A DNA stretch of 64,000 nt, taken from NCBI GenBank assembly GCA_963664405.1, contig OY761158.1:1984001-2048000 (forward strand), read 5' to 3'. Below, one piece after another: positions 8,826 to 18,161 of this stretch (position 1 is its first letter; each line of letters starts with the position of its first letter). Made by a program: the position numbers and the translations under genes. Source of the stretch: Thermoanaerobaculia bacterium (GTDB lineage: Bacteria; Acidobacteriota; Thermoanaerobaculia; Multivoradales; Multivoraceae). Under the pieces are notes generated by a model. The model worked only from the letters and a program-made list of their open reading frames with translations. It did not search any database and was not told the DNA's origin.

Positions 8826-9977
8826 TCACAGGATGAAACCTTTGGTATCCAGGCCGACGAGAGTCCGTCCGTAAACCAGCGAAGCTTCATCGAAGTTGAC
8901 CGTCTGATGTTTCGTCGCCATCGTCACGTCGCGGAAAGCCTTCTGCAGCGGACTGTCGTCGAAGACCGATCTTGCACCGGTCGCAGCAATCAGACGGTTC
9001 ACAGATCGCCGACACAACTCCACCGCATAGCAGGCCTGGAACTTCGCCTCGGCGCGAAGCGGCAGCGAGTCGCTGCCGTTCGCCGCCTGCTCGAGCAGGT
9101 CGATGGCCGAATCCAGCAGCTTCTCCGCGCACAGGACTTCGGCCTTCGCCTCGGCAAAGCGAGTGTGGAGGCCGGGGCGGTCCAGCTTCTTCCTACCGGT
9201 GTATTTGTCGGACTGGACCCCCATCAGCTCACTCGCAGCATCGATCGCGCCGCGAGCGAGCCCGAGACTCGAGGCACCGGCGTGGACCGCCAGGCCCGGC
9301 ATGATCGGGATCTTGTAGGTATTCGTAGCATGCCTACTCGCCCACTCAGAACGCGCGCCGAAAAGGACGCCGCTGTCCATCACTCGGTGCTCGGGCACGA
9401 GGACCTTGTCCGCCACCACCTCGACGCTGCCGGTGCCGCGCAGGCCGAGGGCATGCCAGTTGTCGTCGAGCTCGAGATCGGAGCGCGGCACAATCGCGTG
9501 GTAGAGCCTCGGCCTCTCCTCACTGTGGTCGACCGTGCCCATCAGAAACCAGGAGCCATGGGCGGCACCGCTGACAAAACCCCAGCGGCCGGAAAGGGTC
9601 CATCCATCTTCGCGGCGCTCGATGACCCCGGCCGGAGCCAGCGAGCCCGCCGACACCAGATCCGGATCCGCCCACACCTCGTCCTGGGCCTGCTCCGGAA
9701 AGCTGGCCATGATCCAGTCATGCCCGGTGGAGACCATCAGCACCCAGGCGGCGGAGCTGCATCCTCTGGCACACTCGCTCACCATCTCGAGCATCACCCG
9801 CAAATCGCCCTCATCCCCACCGGCGCGGCGCGGAACCAGCGCGCGAAAAAGGCCCGCCTCGCGCATCGCCGCGACACTCTCATCGGCCAGGGATCGCGCA
9901 AGGTCCGAGGCTTCGGCGTGGGCGCTGAGGGTCTCGAGCAGTGTCGGACTGACAGAAGACGCGGCCGATACGTTCAT
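8826..9977 (-). CDS. Flavin-dependent monooxygenase of acyl-CoA dehydrogenase fold (HsaA/C2-like)
   Basis: LFRALVPRRAGG, LSGRWGFVSGAAH, DNWHALGLRGTGS and SPLQKAFRD motifs; start MNVSAA at 9977 after GGAG. Confidence 0.88.
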   Translation of the reverse strand: MNVSAASSVSPTLLETLSAHAEASDLARSLADESVAAMREAGLFRALVPRRAGGDEGDLRVMLEMVSECARGCSSAAWVLMVSTGHDWIMASFPEQAQDEVWADPDLVSAGSLAPAGVIERREDGWTLSGRWGFVSGAAHGSWFLMGTVDHSEERPRLYHAIVPRSDLELDDNWHALGLRGTGSVEVVADKVLVPEHRVMDSGVLFGARSEWASRHATNTYKIPIMPGLAVHAGASSLGLARGAIDAASELMGVQSDKYTGRKKLDRPGLHTRFAEAKAEVLCAEKLLDSAIDLLEQAANGSDSLPLRAEAKFQACYAVELCRRSVNRLIAATGARSVFDDSPLQKAFRDVTMATKHQTVNFDEASLVYGRTLVGLDTKGFIL

Positions 9978-10024
9978 TTCATGCTCCTGAATTGACCGGG
10001 GCCCTTCAATTTTCATGTCCTTGA

Positions 10025-10053
10025 TTGAATCCCAACCGGCCGACCGGTAGGAT
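10025..10053 (+). promoter_or_regulatory. sigma70 promoter, probably leaderless, with a palindromic operator in the spacer
   Basis: TTGAAT 10025-10030, 17 bp, TAGGAT 10048-10053, ATG at 10060 with no SD; imperfect palindrome CAACCGGCCGACCGGTAG at 10033-10050. Confidence 0.55.
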
Positions 10054-10059
10054 AACAGC

Positions 10060-11334
10060 ATGCTGACCGGAGCGACCACCACCATCACGGTCATCTCGTT
10101 GCTTCTCACCTGGGGAGGCGCCTTGCAGGAGCAGAGCGAACTGCGACCTGCGGTCATCCATCCGAAAGAGATGGTGGAGCGCCGCTTCGCCCCTAGCGCT
10201 CCGGAAGTAGGTGAGGCGATGCCGGACCTGCCGGTATACGACTCAGAGGGAGAAGAGCTGAGGTTTCGCGACCTGGTGCGAGGGCAGCACACGGTCGTGA
10301 TCCTCGGCTGTCTCACCTGACCCCCCTTCCTCTCTCTGGTCTCCCGGGTGGAGACCGTCGCGCGGGACTACACTCCGAAGGGAGTGCGCTTCTACTACCT
10401 GTACAAAGCGTTGGCGCATCCGGAGTACCACGGGTACATCACCCCTTTCACCCTGGAAGAGCGCCTGATGCACGCCAAGGAGGCGGAGCGCCGCCTGGGC
10501 TCCCGTATCCCCTGGATCGTCGACGCAATGACCAACGACCTGAAACACGCTTTGGGCTACGCACCCAACAGTGAGTTCGTCGTTGATCCCGAGGGCAAAG
10601 TGGTGCGTCGACGAGCCTGGAGCGACCCCGACGCCCTGCGAGCGGATCTCGAAGAGCTCGTCGGCGCGGTCGAAAGACCGACCCGCGTCGCGGATCTCGA
10701 CATGCCGACCCAACCGCCCCCGGCCCCCACTGTAGCCACGGGTGTAGTGCCAGGAGTCGAGGTCGCGGGGCACATGCGAGCGCTGCGCCTAACGCCCGAG
10801 CTCGAGGGCAACAAATACCCCTTCTACGTAAAGCTCCGCGCCGAGGCCGACCAGAGCTTCCTGGCCGAGGCCGAAGGTCAGATCTACCTCGGCTTCCATC
10901 TCGACCCCCTCTACGAGATGCACTGGAACAACCTCGCTCCACCTCTCGAGCTCGAGATCACGGCACCGGAAGGAGTGCGGGTGACGCCGACCAAGCTCGC
11001 GGCGACGACGCCGAAGGAAGAGGCGGACGCCGATCCTCGCGAGTTCCTCGTCCGCATCGAGGCCGACCCGGGCCAGCGAGATCCTCTGAAGCTCTCGGTT
11101 CTGTACTACGCCTGCGACAACGCCAACACTTTCTGCGTTCCGGTGCGGCAGAGCTACGCCGTGCACCTCACCGCCGACAGCGACGGTGGCAGCCCCTTCA
11201 GCCGCACCGCGATGCCGGCAGGAGAGGGCGTCCTCGGCGACATGGACACAAATGGAGATGGCACCATCGACCGCGATGAGCTGGAGGCGAAAGAAAGGGA
11301 GCTCGACGTTTTGCTCGAGCAGGCGCCCGACTAG
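10060..11334 (+). CDS. Secreted deiodinase-like thioredoxin-fold selenoprotein (Sec at 10318-10320) with C-terminal DsbD-N-like region and EF-hand
   Basis: ORFs 10060..10320 and 10348..11334 are in frame with one TGA: VVILGCLT*PPF (deiodinase GSCTUPPF type), then YLYKALAHP, ER and WIVDAMTN...GYAPNS; C-terminal YYACDNANTFCVP and DTNGDGTIDRDE. Confidence 0.88.
10338..10356 (+). promoter_or_regulatory. Putative bacterial SECIS hairpin
   Basis: GGUCUCC-CGGGU-GGAGACC, perfect 7-bp stem starting 18 nt after the UGA. Confidence 0.75.
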
Positions 11335-11345
11335 TACCAACCTCC

Positions 11346-12590
11346 ATGGACTTCAATGACTCCCCCACCGAGGCCGCCTTCCGAAACGAGGTCCGGGCCT
11401 GGCTCCAGGCCAATGCCGAGCCCAGGACCGGTCCCCCCGAGCACATCTTCACCCTTCGAGGCGACGAGGCCGAGTACGTCCGTCGCGCCAAAGTCTGGCA
11501 GGCGAAGAAGCACGACGCCGGTTACGCCGCCATCCACTGGCCGAAGGAGGACGGCGGTGGCGGCGGCACGCCGATGCAGGCCCTGATCTTCGGTGAGGAG
11601 GAATCCAGGTACCGAGTGCCACAGGGAGCCTTCACGGTCGGCATGGGGATGTGTGGACCGGTACTGAGGCTCTACGCGGACAAGCAGACCAAGGAACGCC
11701 TGCTTCCACCCCTGGTGCGGGGAGAGGACCTCTGGTGCCAACTCTTTTCAGAGCCTACCGCGGGTTCAGACCTCGCCGGTTTGCGAACCCGCGCCGAGCG
11801 CGACGGCGACTCGTGGGTAGTGAACGGCCAGAAGGTCTGGACCTCGATGGCGAACCACGCCAGCTACGGCATCCTGGTCGCGCGTCACGACCCCAGCCTG
11901 CTCAAGCATAAGGGCCTCACTTTCTTCTGGCTCGATATGAAAAGCCCCGGCATAGAGGTCAAACCGATCAAGCAGATCTCGGGCGCCGCGGGTTTCAACG
12001 AGGTCTTCTTCACCAACGTTCGCATTCCCGACTCCCAGCGCCTCGGTAAAGTCGGCGAGGGCTGGCAGGTCTCGCTGGCGACGCTGATGAACGAGCGAGT
12101 GGCGGTGTCCAGCCCTGGACCGCCTGACTTCGACGATATCTTCGCGTTGGCGCGAGATCTCGGCCTCGTCAACGGACCCGCCGGCACGGCGGTGCGATCC
12201 CGCCTCGCCGACTGGTACGTCGAGGCGCAAGGATTGCGCTTGACCGGTGCCCGCACCCTGACGCGACTCAGCCGCGGAGAGAATCCTGGGCCTGAGTCGT
12301 CGATCGAGAAAGTCGTCGCCTCCACCAAGCAGCAGGAGATTGCGTCGTTCGGCACCGACTTGCTCGAATATGCCGGCGTGCTCCTGAACCAGGAGACACT
12401 GCCGGGCGAGGGCTTGTTCCAAACCGGATATCTCTCGTCTCCCGGCCGTCGCATCGCCGGAGGAAGCACCGAGATCTTGCGCAACGTGATCGCCGAACGC
12501 GTCCTGGGCTTGCCGGGAGACATCCGCGTCGACCGCGATCTCCCTTTCAATGAGATCCCGACGGGGAACAGTCCCCCACCCTCGCGATGA
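11346..12590 (+). CDS. Acyl-CoA dehydrogenase
   Basis: WCQLFSEPTAGSDLA, VNGQKVWTS, FNEVFF and IAGGSTEILRNVIAERVLGLP. Confidence 0.95.
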   Translation: MDFNDSPTEAAFRNEVRAWLQANAEPRTGPPEHIFTLRGDEAEYVRRAKVWQAKKHDAGYAAIHWPKEDGGGGGTPMQALIFGEEESRYRVPQGAFTVGMGMCGPVLRLYADKQTKERLLPPLVRGEDLWCQLFSEPTAGSDLAGLRTRAERDGDSWVVNGQKVWTSMANHASYGILVARHDPSLLKHKGLTFFWLDMKSPGIEVKPIKQISGAAGFNEVFFTNVRIPDSQRLGKVGEGWQVSLATLMNERVAVSSPGPPDFDDIFALARDLGLVNGPAGTAVRSRLADWYVEAQGLRLTGARTLTRLSRGENPGPESSIEKVVASTKQQEIASFGTDLLEYAGVLLNQETLPGEGLFQTGYLSSPGRRIAGGSTEILRNVIAERVLGLPGDIRVDRDLPFNEIPTGNSPPPSR

Positions 12591-13216
12591 CCGACCACAA
12601 CGCCGACACTGCGGGCAGTGCCTCCGCCGGGCTTCCGAGTACGACGCGGACAGAGGAGATCTACCAGGCCGCCGTCGCCCTCTTCCTCGAGCGCGGCTAC
12701 GACGCAACGCCCCTGTCCGTCATCGCAGCGAAGCTCGGGCTCACCAAGGCCGGTCTCTACCACCACTTCGAGAGCAAAGAGGACCTGCTCTTCCACATCC
12801 ATCGCCACCTGATGACAGAGCGTCTGTTGCCAGTGATCGAGGCAGCCGAACGAGAGTCGGATCCGGAGCTCCGCCTGCGACAATACATCTGCGACTTCAC
12901 CGCGCTGATGGCCTCTGACCCCGCTATCCGCCTATTGATCGAAGAATCGAAGCGGCTCTCGCCCGAGCATCTCGATGCGATCCGTGCGGTTTGGAGACGG
13001 GGCTACCAGTTGATGCGAAGCTCGATCGAGGAGCTCAAACAATCGGGCCGCTGCAAGCAGACACTAGACCCGACCTACGCCGCCTTCGCGGCGATCGGGA
13101 TGTGTACCTGGACCCTCTACTGGTTCGATCACGACCGCCCAGACACGATTCACGAGATCTCGGAGGCTTTCTCGAGCATCTTTCTGAGCGGTGTTCTCGA
13201 AGATGAGGCCGGCTAG
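12587..13216 (+). CDS. TetR/AcrR family regulator
   Basis: AAVALFLERGYDAT...IAAKLGLTKAGLYHHFESKEDLL. Confidence 0.95.
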   Translation: MTDHNADTAGSASAGLPSTTRTEEIYQAAVALFLERGYDATPLSVIAAKLGLTKAGLYHHFESKEDLLFHIHRHLMTERLLPVIEAAERESDPELRLRQYICDFTALMASDPAIRLLIEESKRLSPEHLDAIRAVWRRGYQLMRSSIEELKQSGRCKQTLDPTYAAFAAIGMCTWTLYWFDHDRPDTIHEISEAFSSIFLSGVLEDEAG

Positions 13217-13227
13217 GGGCACAATCG

Positions 13228-13800
13228 TCACTCTTCGGCAGAGCTCAGAAACGTCTTCAGCCAGCCTCTCGCCCGCTGCCAGTCGCGCTGGGCGGTACGC
13301 AGAGAGATAGACAGAGCCTCCGCCGTCTCTTTCTCGGAGTAGCCTGCAAACAAGCGGCACTCCACGACCTGGACCAGGCGAGGATCGTAGGACGCGAGCT
13401 TCTCCAGCGCTTCGTCAACAGCGAGGAAGCCCTCCGCCTGTGCGGCGACGGCGACCCTGCCTTCGTCGAGCTCGAGATCTGGCTTGCCGCCACCACGCTT
13501 GTGCCGCGTCTTGCGTTTGGCGTAGTCCACCAGAATCTGACGCATAGCGCGGGCGGCGATGGCGAAGAAGTGGGAGCGGTCCGCGAAGGTGGCCGCCCTC
13601 TGTGCCACCAGCTTGATGTAGGCCTCGTGAACGAGCCCGGTGGTGTCGAGCGTGTGCCCTGGGCGCAATCGCCGCAGCTGCCCGCGGGCGATGCGCCGTA
13701 GGTCTTCGTAGATCAGTGGCACCAGCCGATCGAAGGCGCCCTCCTCACCGCGGACATGGGCTTGGAGGATCCCGGTCAGGTCTTCGCTGGACGATGACAT
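13228..13800 (-). CDS. ECF sigma factor (TIGR02999 type)
   Basis: LIYEDLRRIARGQLRR...TLDTTGLVHEAYIKL...AARAMRQILVDYA...RTAQRDWQRARGWL. Confidence 0.93.
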   Translation of the reverse strand: MSSSSEDLTGILQAHVRGEEGAFDRLVPLIYEDLRRIARGQLRRLRPGHTLDTTGLVHEAYIKLVAQRAATFADRSHFFAIAARAMRQILVDYAKRKTRHKRGGGKPDLELDEGRVAVAAQAEGFLAVDEALEKLASYDPRLVQVVECRLFAGYSEKETAEALSISLRTAQRDWQRARGWLKTFLSSAEE

Positions 13801-14564
13801 CAGCCTGGTTCTCCAGCGGTTTCAGTGGGCACTATAGCCGGTGCCAGAGGGCTCTCGAAGCTCTTCAAGAGTGCATCGACCTCACCCAGCGGTCGGCCCA
13901 CGCCACCCTGGCCTTCTCGGCTGTAGTGCCCGAGCCGCTCCGCTCTAGCCAGCTCGATGGGGGTCAGCCAGCTTGATCCCGCGGCAGCACACTCTGGCGC
14001 CGTGACAAAGCGGTTGTGTCGATTGTGAGGGGTGATGTGACCCATGATCTCGCGCCGGCAGCGATGGCGGTCGCTCACATGCCCCAGACCAAGCACGTGC
14101 CCGAGCTCGTGGGCCAAGTTCTGGGCCCGGCTGCCACACCACAGCTGCTCGCCACTCGAGTCGACCGCTCGGTTGTAGAGGGTGATCGTGCTCACCGCGA
14201 ACTCGCCGCAGGTCGTGCTTCCACTCGAGCCGTCGGAGAGCTCGATACGGATGGTCCGGAAACCTCCGGCGCCGTGGATGAACTGTGGAAAGTCCTGGCC
14301 ATAGCCGCTGCAGCTCCGCCACTGGCGTATCGCCTTCTCCACCACCTCGAAGGCAAGCTCGTCGCCGTAGTCGAGTCCGATCGATTCTCCGAGCCGGGTA
14401 AGGGAGTAAGGCGGCCGGCATGGGTCGTCGCCCGCGAAGCTCGACGCGCTGACCAGCTGTCCTGCCAGCAGAAGAGCAGGCCACCTCCAAGGTCGCGGCG
14501 GCGAACCGAGCGGTGCGACGCCTGGCGCTTTGTCCCGAGTGCGGTTGCGCGAGAATTGAGTCAT
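13800..14564 (-). CDS. Secreted metzincin zinc metalloprotease
   Basis: HELGHVLGLGH (HExxHxxGxxH) followed by Met-turn EIMG; signal-like N-terminus; stop abuts the ECF start. Confidence 0.8.
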   Translation of the reverse strand: MTQFSRNRTRDKAPGVAPLGSPPRPWRWPALLLAGQLVSASSFAGDDPCRPPYSLTRLGESIGLDYGDELAFEVVEKAIRQWRSCSGYGQDFPQFIHGAGGFRTIRIELSDGSSGSTTCGEFAVSTITLYNRAVDSSGEQLWCGSRAQNLAHELGHVLGLGHVSDRHRCRREIMGHITPHNRHNRFVTAPECAAAGSSWLTPIELARAERLGHYSREGQGGVGRPLGEVDALLKSFESPLAPAIVPTETAGEPG

Positions 14565-14762
14565 AGCGAGCCTCCTTGGTGAGGGTCCGACGGCTTAATC
14601 GAGGTCGTTATCGCCGCCAACCTCTGCAATACGACGAAGGGGTGGAAGACCCGCCATCCGAAGCGCGAGGCCTCGCTCGCCAGGCTGCAGCCATCTGGCA
14701 GACACTGCAGCGGTGCTAGCATGAGTTGCTCTGTCTGAGGCTGAGGTGAATGGGGGCCACTC

Positions 14763-17755
14763 ATGGCGGCTCGAAAAAAGCGCACCAACCCCACCCTTCG
14801 CAGGTGGTCGGAGGTCGACGCTCTCCTCCGTCAAGCCTTGGAGCGGCCCACGGAGGAGCGGCCTGAATTCCTGGCTGAGGCGTGTCGGGACGACACCGAG
14901 CTGCACGCAGCGGTCGGGGCCCTACTCGCCGCATCCGAGGAGGACACGAGCGGCCTCGCGACCGGAGCGGGCGTCGACGGTCCGTTATTGCAGGAGTTAC
15001 TCGAAGAGCTCGTGCCGGAAGCGTCCCCTCCCGGCTTCGGCGAAGGGAAAGCGAAGGCGATGGCCCTAGATTCGGGCACTCGTCTTGGCAACTACGAGGT
15101 TGTCTCCAGCCTCGGCGCCGGAGGAATGGGAGAGGTCTATCGTGCCCGCGACGAGAAGCTGGGGCGCGAGGTGGCGATCAAGCTCCTTCGCCAGGAAGTC
15201 TCGAACGACCCTGAGCGTCTTGCGCGATTCACTCGCGAGGCGCGAGTTCTCGCTTCTCTGAATCACCCCAACATCGCAACCCTGCACGGATTTGAGACCG
15301 CACAGGACACCCCGTTCCTTGTCATGGAGCTGGTCGAAGGAGAGACGCTGGCGGAGAGGATCAAGCGTGGAGCGATCCCGGTCGAGGAGGCGCTCGCACT
15401 CTTTCTGCAAATCGCCGATGGCTTGGAGGCTGCCCACGATAAGGGCGTCATCCATCGCGATCTCAAGCCGGCGAACATCAAAGTGACCGACGAGGGTGCT
15501 GCGAAGATTCTCGATTTCGGTCTGGCCAAGGCGATGACGGCAGAGTCGACGATGGGAGACCCGAACTCCTCGGAATCGCCGACGCTGACTGCGGCGGCCA
15601 CGAAGCCTGGGCAGATCCTCGGGACCACCGCCTACATGTCGCCAGAGCAGGCAAAGGGGGGCGCCGTCGACAAGCGGGCTGATGTATGGGCGTTCGGCGC
15701 GTGCCTCTACGAAGCCCTGACCGGCGAACGCGCTTTCCAGGGAGACAGTGCACAAGACGTTCTCGGCTCGGTGCTGAAGCTCGACCCGGCATGGGACGCT
15801 CTGCCGTCGGCCACTCCCACTCCGCTGCGGCGCCTCCTCCGCCGCTGCCTCGAGAAGAACCCCAACGACCGCCTGCGCGACATCGGTGATGCTCGCCTTG
15901 AGCTGTGTGAAGCCTTCGCGACTCCTGCGAGCGATGAGCCGACGACACGCGAGGTCAGCAAGGAGAGGCGCAGCCTCAGTCTGGCCCGCGCCTCCGTCGT
16001 CACCGGCGCGGTGACCGCCGCCATAGCGGTGATCGCCGGGCTCGCATTCTGGACCTCGAGGCCTGATCCTATTCCGCCCGAGCGCCTCGTGGTCCGCTCT
16101 GTGCTGAGCGCCGCTCCCAGCGCGTCGGTGACAGTTTCCCCTTTCGGGCGCGATCTGGCGGTGGGCCCCGACGGCCGGGTGGTCGTGTACCAGAGCGAAG
16201 GCTCTCTCTATGCTCGCCCTACAGACAGCCTCGTCGGATCCCAGCTGGCAGGGACGGAGGGCGCGTCGACTCCCTTCTTTTCGCCCGACGGGGCCTGGGT
16301 CGGCTTCGCAGCCGGCGGCAGTCTCAAGAAGGTCTCCCTTCTCGGGGGACCGACGGTGAGGCTGGCCGATCTAGCCGGCGGCATTCTCACCGGCGCAAGC
16401 TGGGGCGCTGACGACACCATCATCCTCGGCTTTTCCGACGGCCTCTATCGAGTGTCGGCAGAAGGGGGCAGGCCGGAGCTGCTTCTAGCGCCAGATCCGG
16501 AGAGAAGAGAGATATATCGCAGCCCTGAGCTATTACCCGGCGGCCAGACCGTACTTTTCACTCTCCGCCCGAGCACGAGCCCCGAACAAGAGCAGATCAT
16601 GGCCCTGTCTCTCTCTACCAGGAAGCAGAAAGTCCTGCTCTACGGTGGAGGCACTGCCCGGTACGTGCCCACGGGACACTTGGTCTACGGGCTCAACGGT
16701 GCGCTGCTAGCCGTGGCCTTCGATGCCGAGAGTTTGGAGGTCAGGGGAAATCCGGTTTCCGTCCTGGAAGGCGTCTCCAGCAAGGCCGCTGGTCGTACCG
16801 TAAGCTTCGACTTCTCGCAGAACGGGTCCTTGGCGTACGTCACGTCAGGCGGATGGTCACGAGCGACCTTGGCCTTGGTGGGGCGGGACGGACAGGAGGA
16901 GGTCCTCTCTACCCCCCCCCTCGGCGCTACCAGTATCCTCGCATCTCTCCGGACGGGCAACGGATAGCAGTCTCCTCTGCTGATGAAAACCAGGATGTGT
17001 GGATCTGGGACCTCGGTCGGGAGACGCTGGATCAGTTGACCCGCGATCCTGGACGAGACCTGACTCCGGTCTGGACTCCTGATAGTCGCGAAGTGGTGTT
17101 CAGCTCGAACCGTGGCGGGAGCTTCGACCTTTACCAGAGGGCGGCGGACGGCACGGGCCCTGTGAAGACTCTGACTGAGAGCAACGAGCCGCTATCTCCC
17201 TCGTCTTTTTCCCCTGATGGCAAGCTTCTCGTCTACCGTGTAGGCATGTTGGCAGGGTTCGATCTAGGGGTACTATCGTTCGAGGGCGAGGGGGCACAAG
17301 AGCCGCTTCTCGTAGCGGAGATCGATGAGTGGAACGGGGAGATCTCACCCGACGGTCGTTTCCTCGCCTACCAATCGGACGAATCAGGCGAGGACGAGAT
17401 CTATGTGAGGCCATTCCCAGAAGTCGAGAGCGGTCGCTTCCCGATCTCAGCTGGCGGCGGCACAGAACCGCTTTGGTCGCCAGACGGGAGCGAGATCTTC
17501 TATCGTGTCGACGATCGGGTGATGGCAGCGCCAATCCAGACCGACCTCGCGTTCGAAGCGGGGAACCCACAGGAGCTCTTGAGGGGGGTCCATGCCGGTG
17601 CCTCCCAAGGAGGCCGCAGTTACGACATCCACCCGGACGGTGAACGTTTTCTCACCATCCTCCCGGCGGAGACGAACGAGCAAGGATTGGGGATTCAGGT
17701 CATTCTGGTCGAGAACTGGTTCGAGGAGCTGAAACGCCTGGTGCCCGTCGACTGA
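14763..17755 (+). CDS. Ser/Thr protein kinase with TM and TolB-like beta-propeller (frameshift in C9 run 16912-16920)
   Basis: LGAGGMGEVY, VAIK, IHRDLKPANI, DFG and YMSPE; PD40-like SPDG repeats continue in ORF 16853..17755. Confidence 0.9.
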
Positions 17756-17775
17756 ACTGGGCTGAAGGAGACGCC

Positions 17776-17925
17776 ATGCCCTCAAAGCATCACAACATCC
17801 ACTTCGACGTGACGGAAGGTTGGGAGCATCTCCCGTAGGGCTGGTCGTTCACCGAAGTCGCCGGCGTGGCCTGCGACTCCCGCGATCGGGTCTAAGTCTT
17901 CTGCCGCGGCGAGCACCCGGTGATC
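17776..17925 (+). pseudogene. Degraded duplicate of the 5' end of the NHL-repeat gene at 23953
   Basis: MPSKHHNIHFDVTEGWEHLP*GWSFTEVAGVACDSRDRV*VFCRGEHP vs MPSQHHKIHFDVIEGWEQLPEGWSFTEVAGVACDSRDRVYVFCRGEHP; stops at 17836 and 17893. Confidence 0.9.
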
Positions 17926-17995
17926 CGGCCCCTCTCCCCTTGTCAGCACCGAAAATGAGCTCGGACTTTCCCGACAGGACTCACGAGTTGGTGCA

Positions 17996-18161
17996 CTAGA
18001 CCAGCGTTTCCAAAGTTCGCGCACATATCTCGGCCCCTTCTGTCCGCTGACGGCGTTTCGCCTCCTCGACATATTGCCCAATATGCCTGCGTCGGCGCGC
18101 CTGGCCAGCGAACAGAATGACCTCGAGCTATTGCACACGAACTTTGGAAACGCTGGTCTAG
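17996..18161 (+). mobile_element. Palindromic MITE-like element, family A, copy 2
   Basis: Same 24-bp TIRs, 166 bp; its right CTAG contains the stop codon of the CusA-like gene. Confidence 0.92.

Noticed and set aside
9978-10316. N-terminal extension of the monooxygenase to 10316
   Set aside because: Overlaps the divergent selenoprotein gene and promoter; an RBS supports a start at 9977
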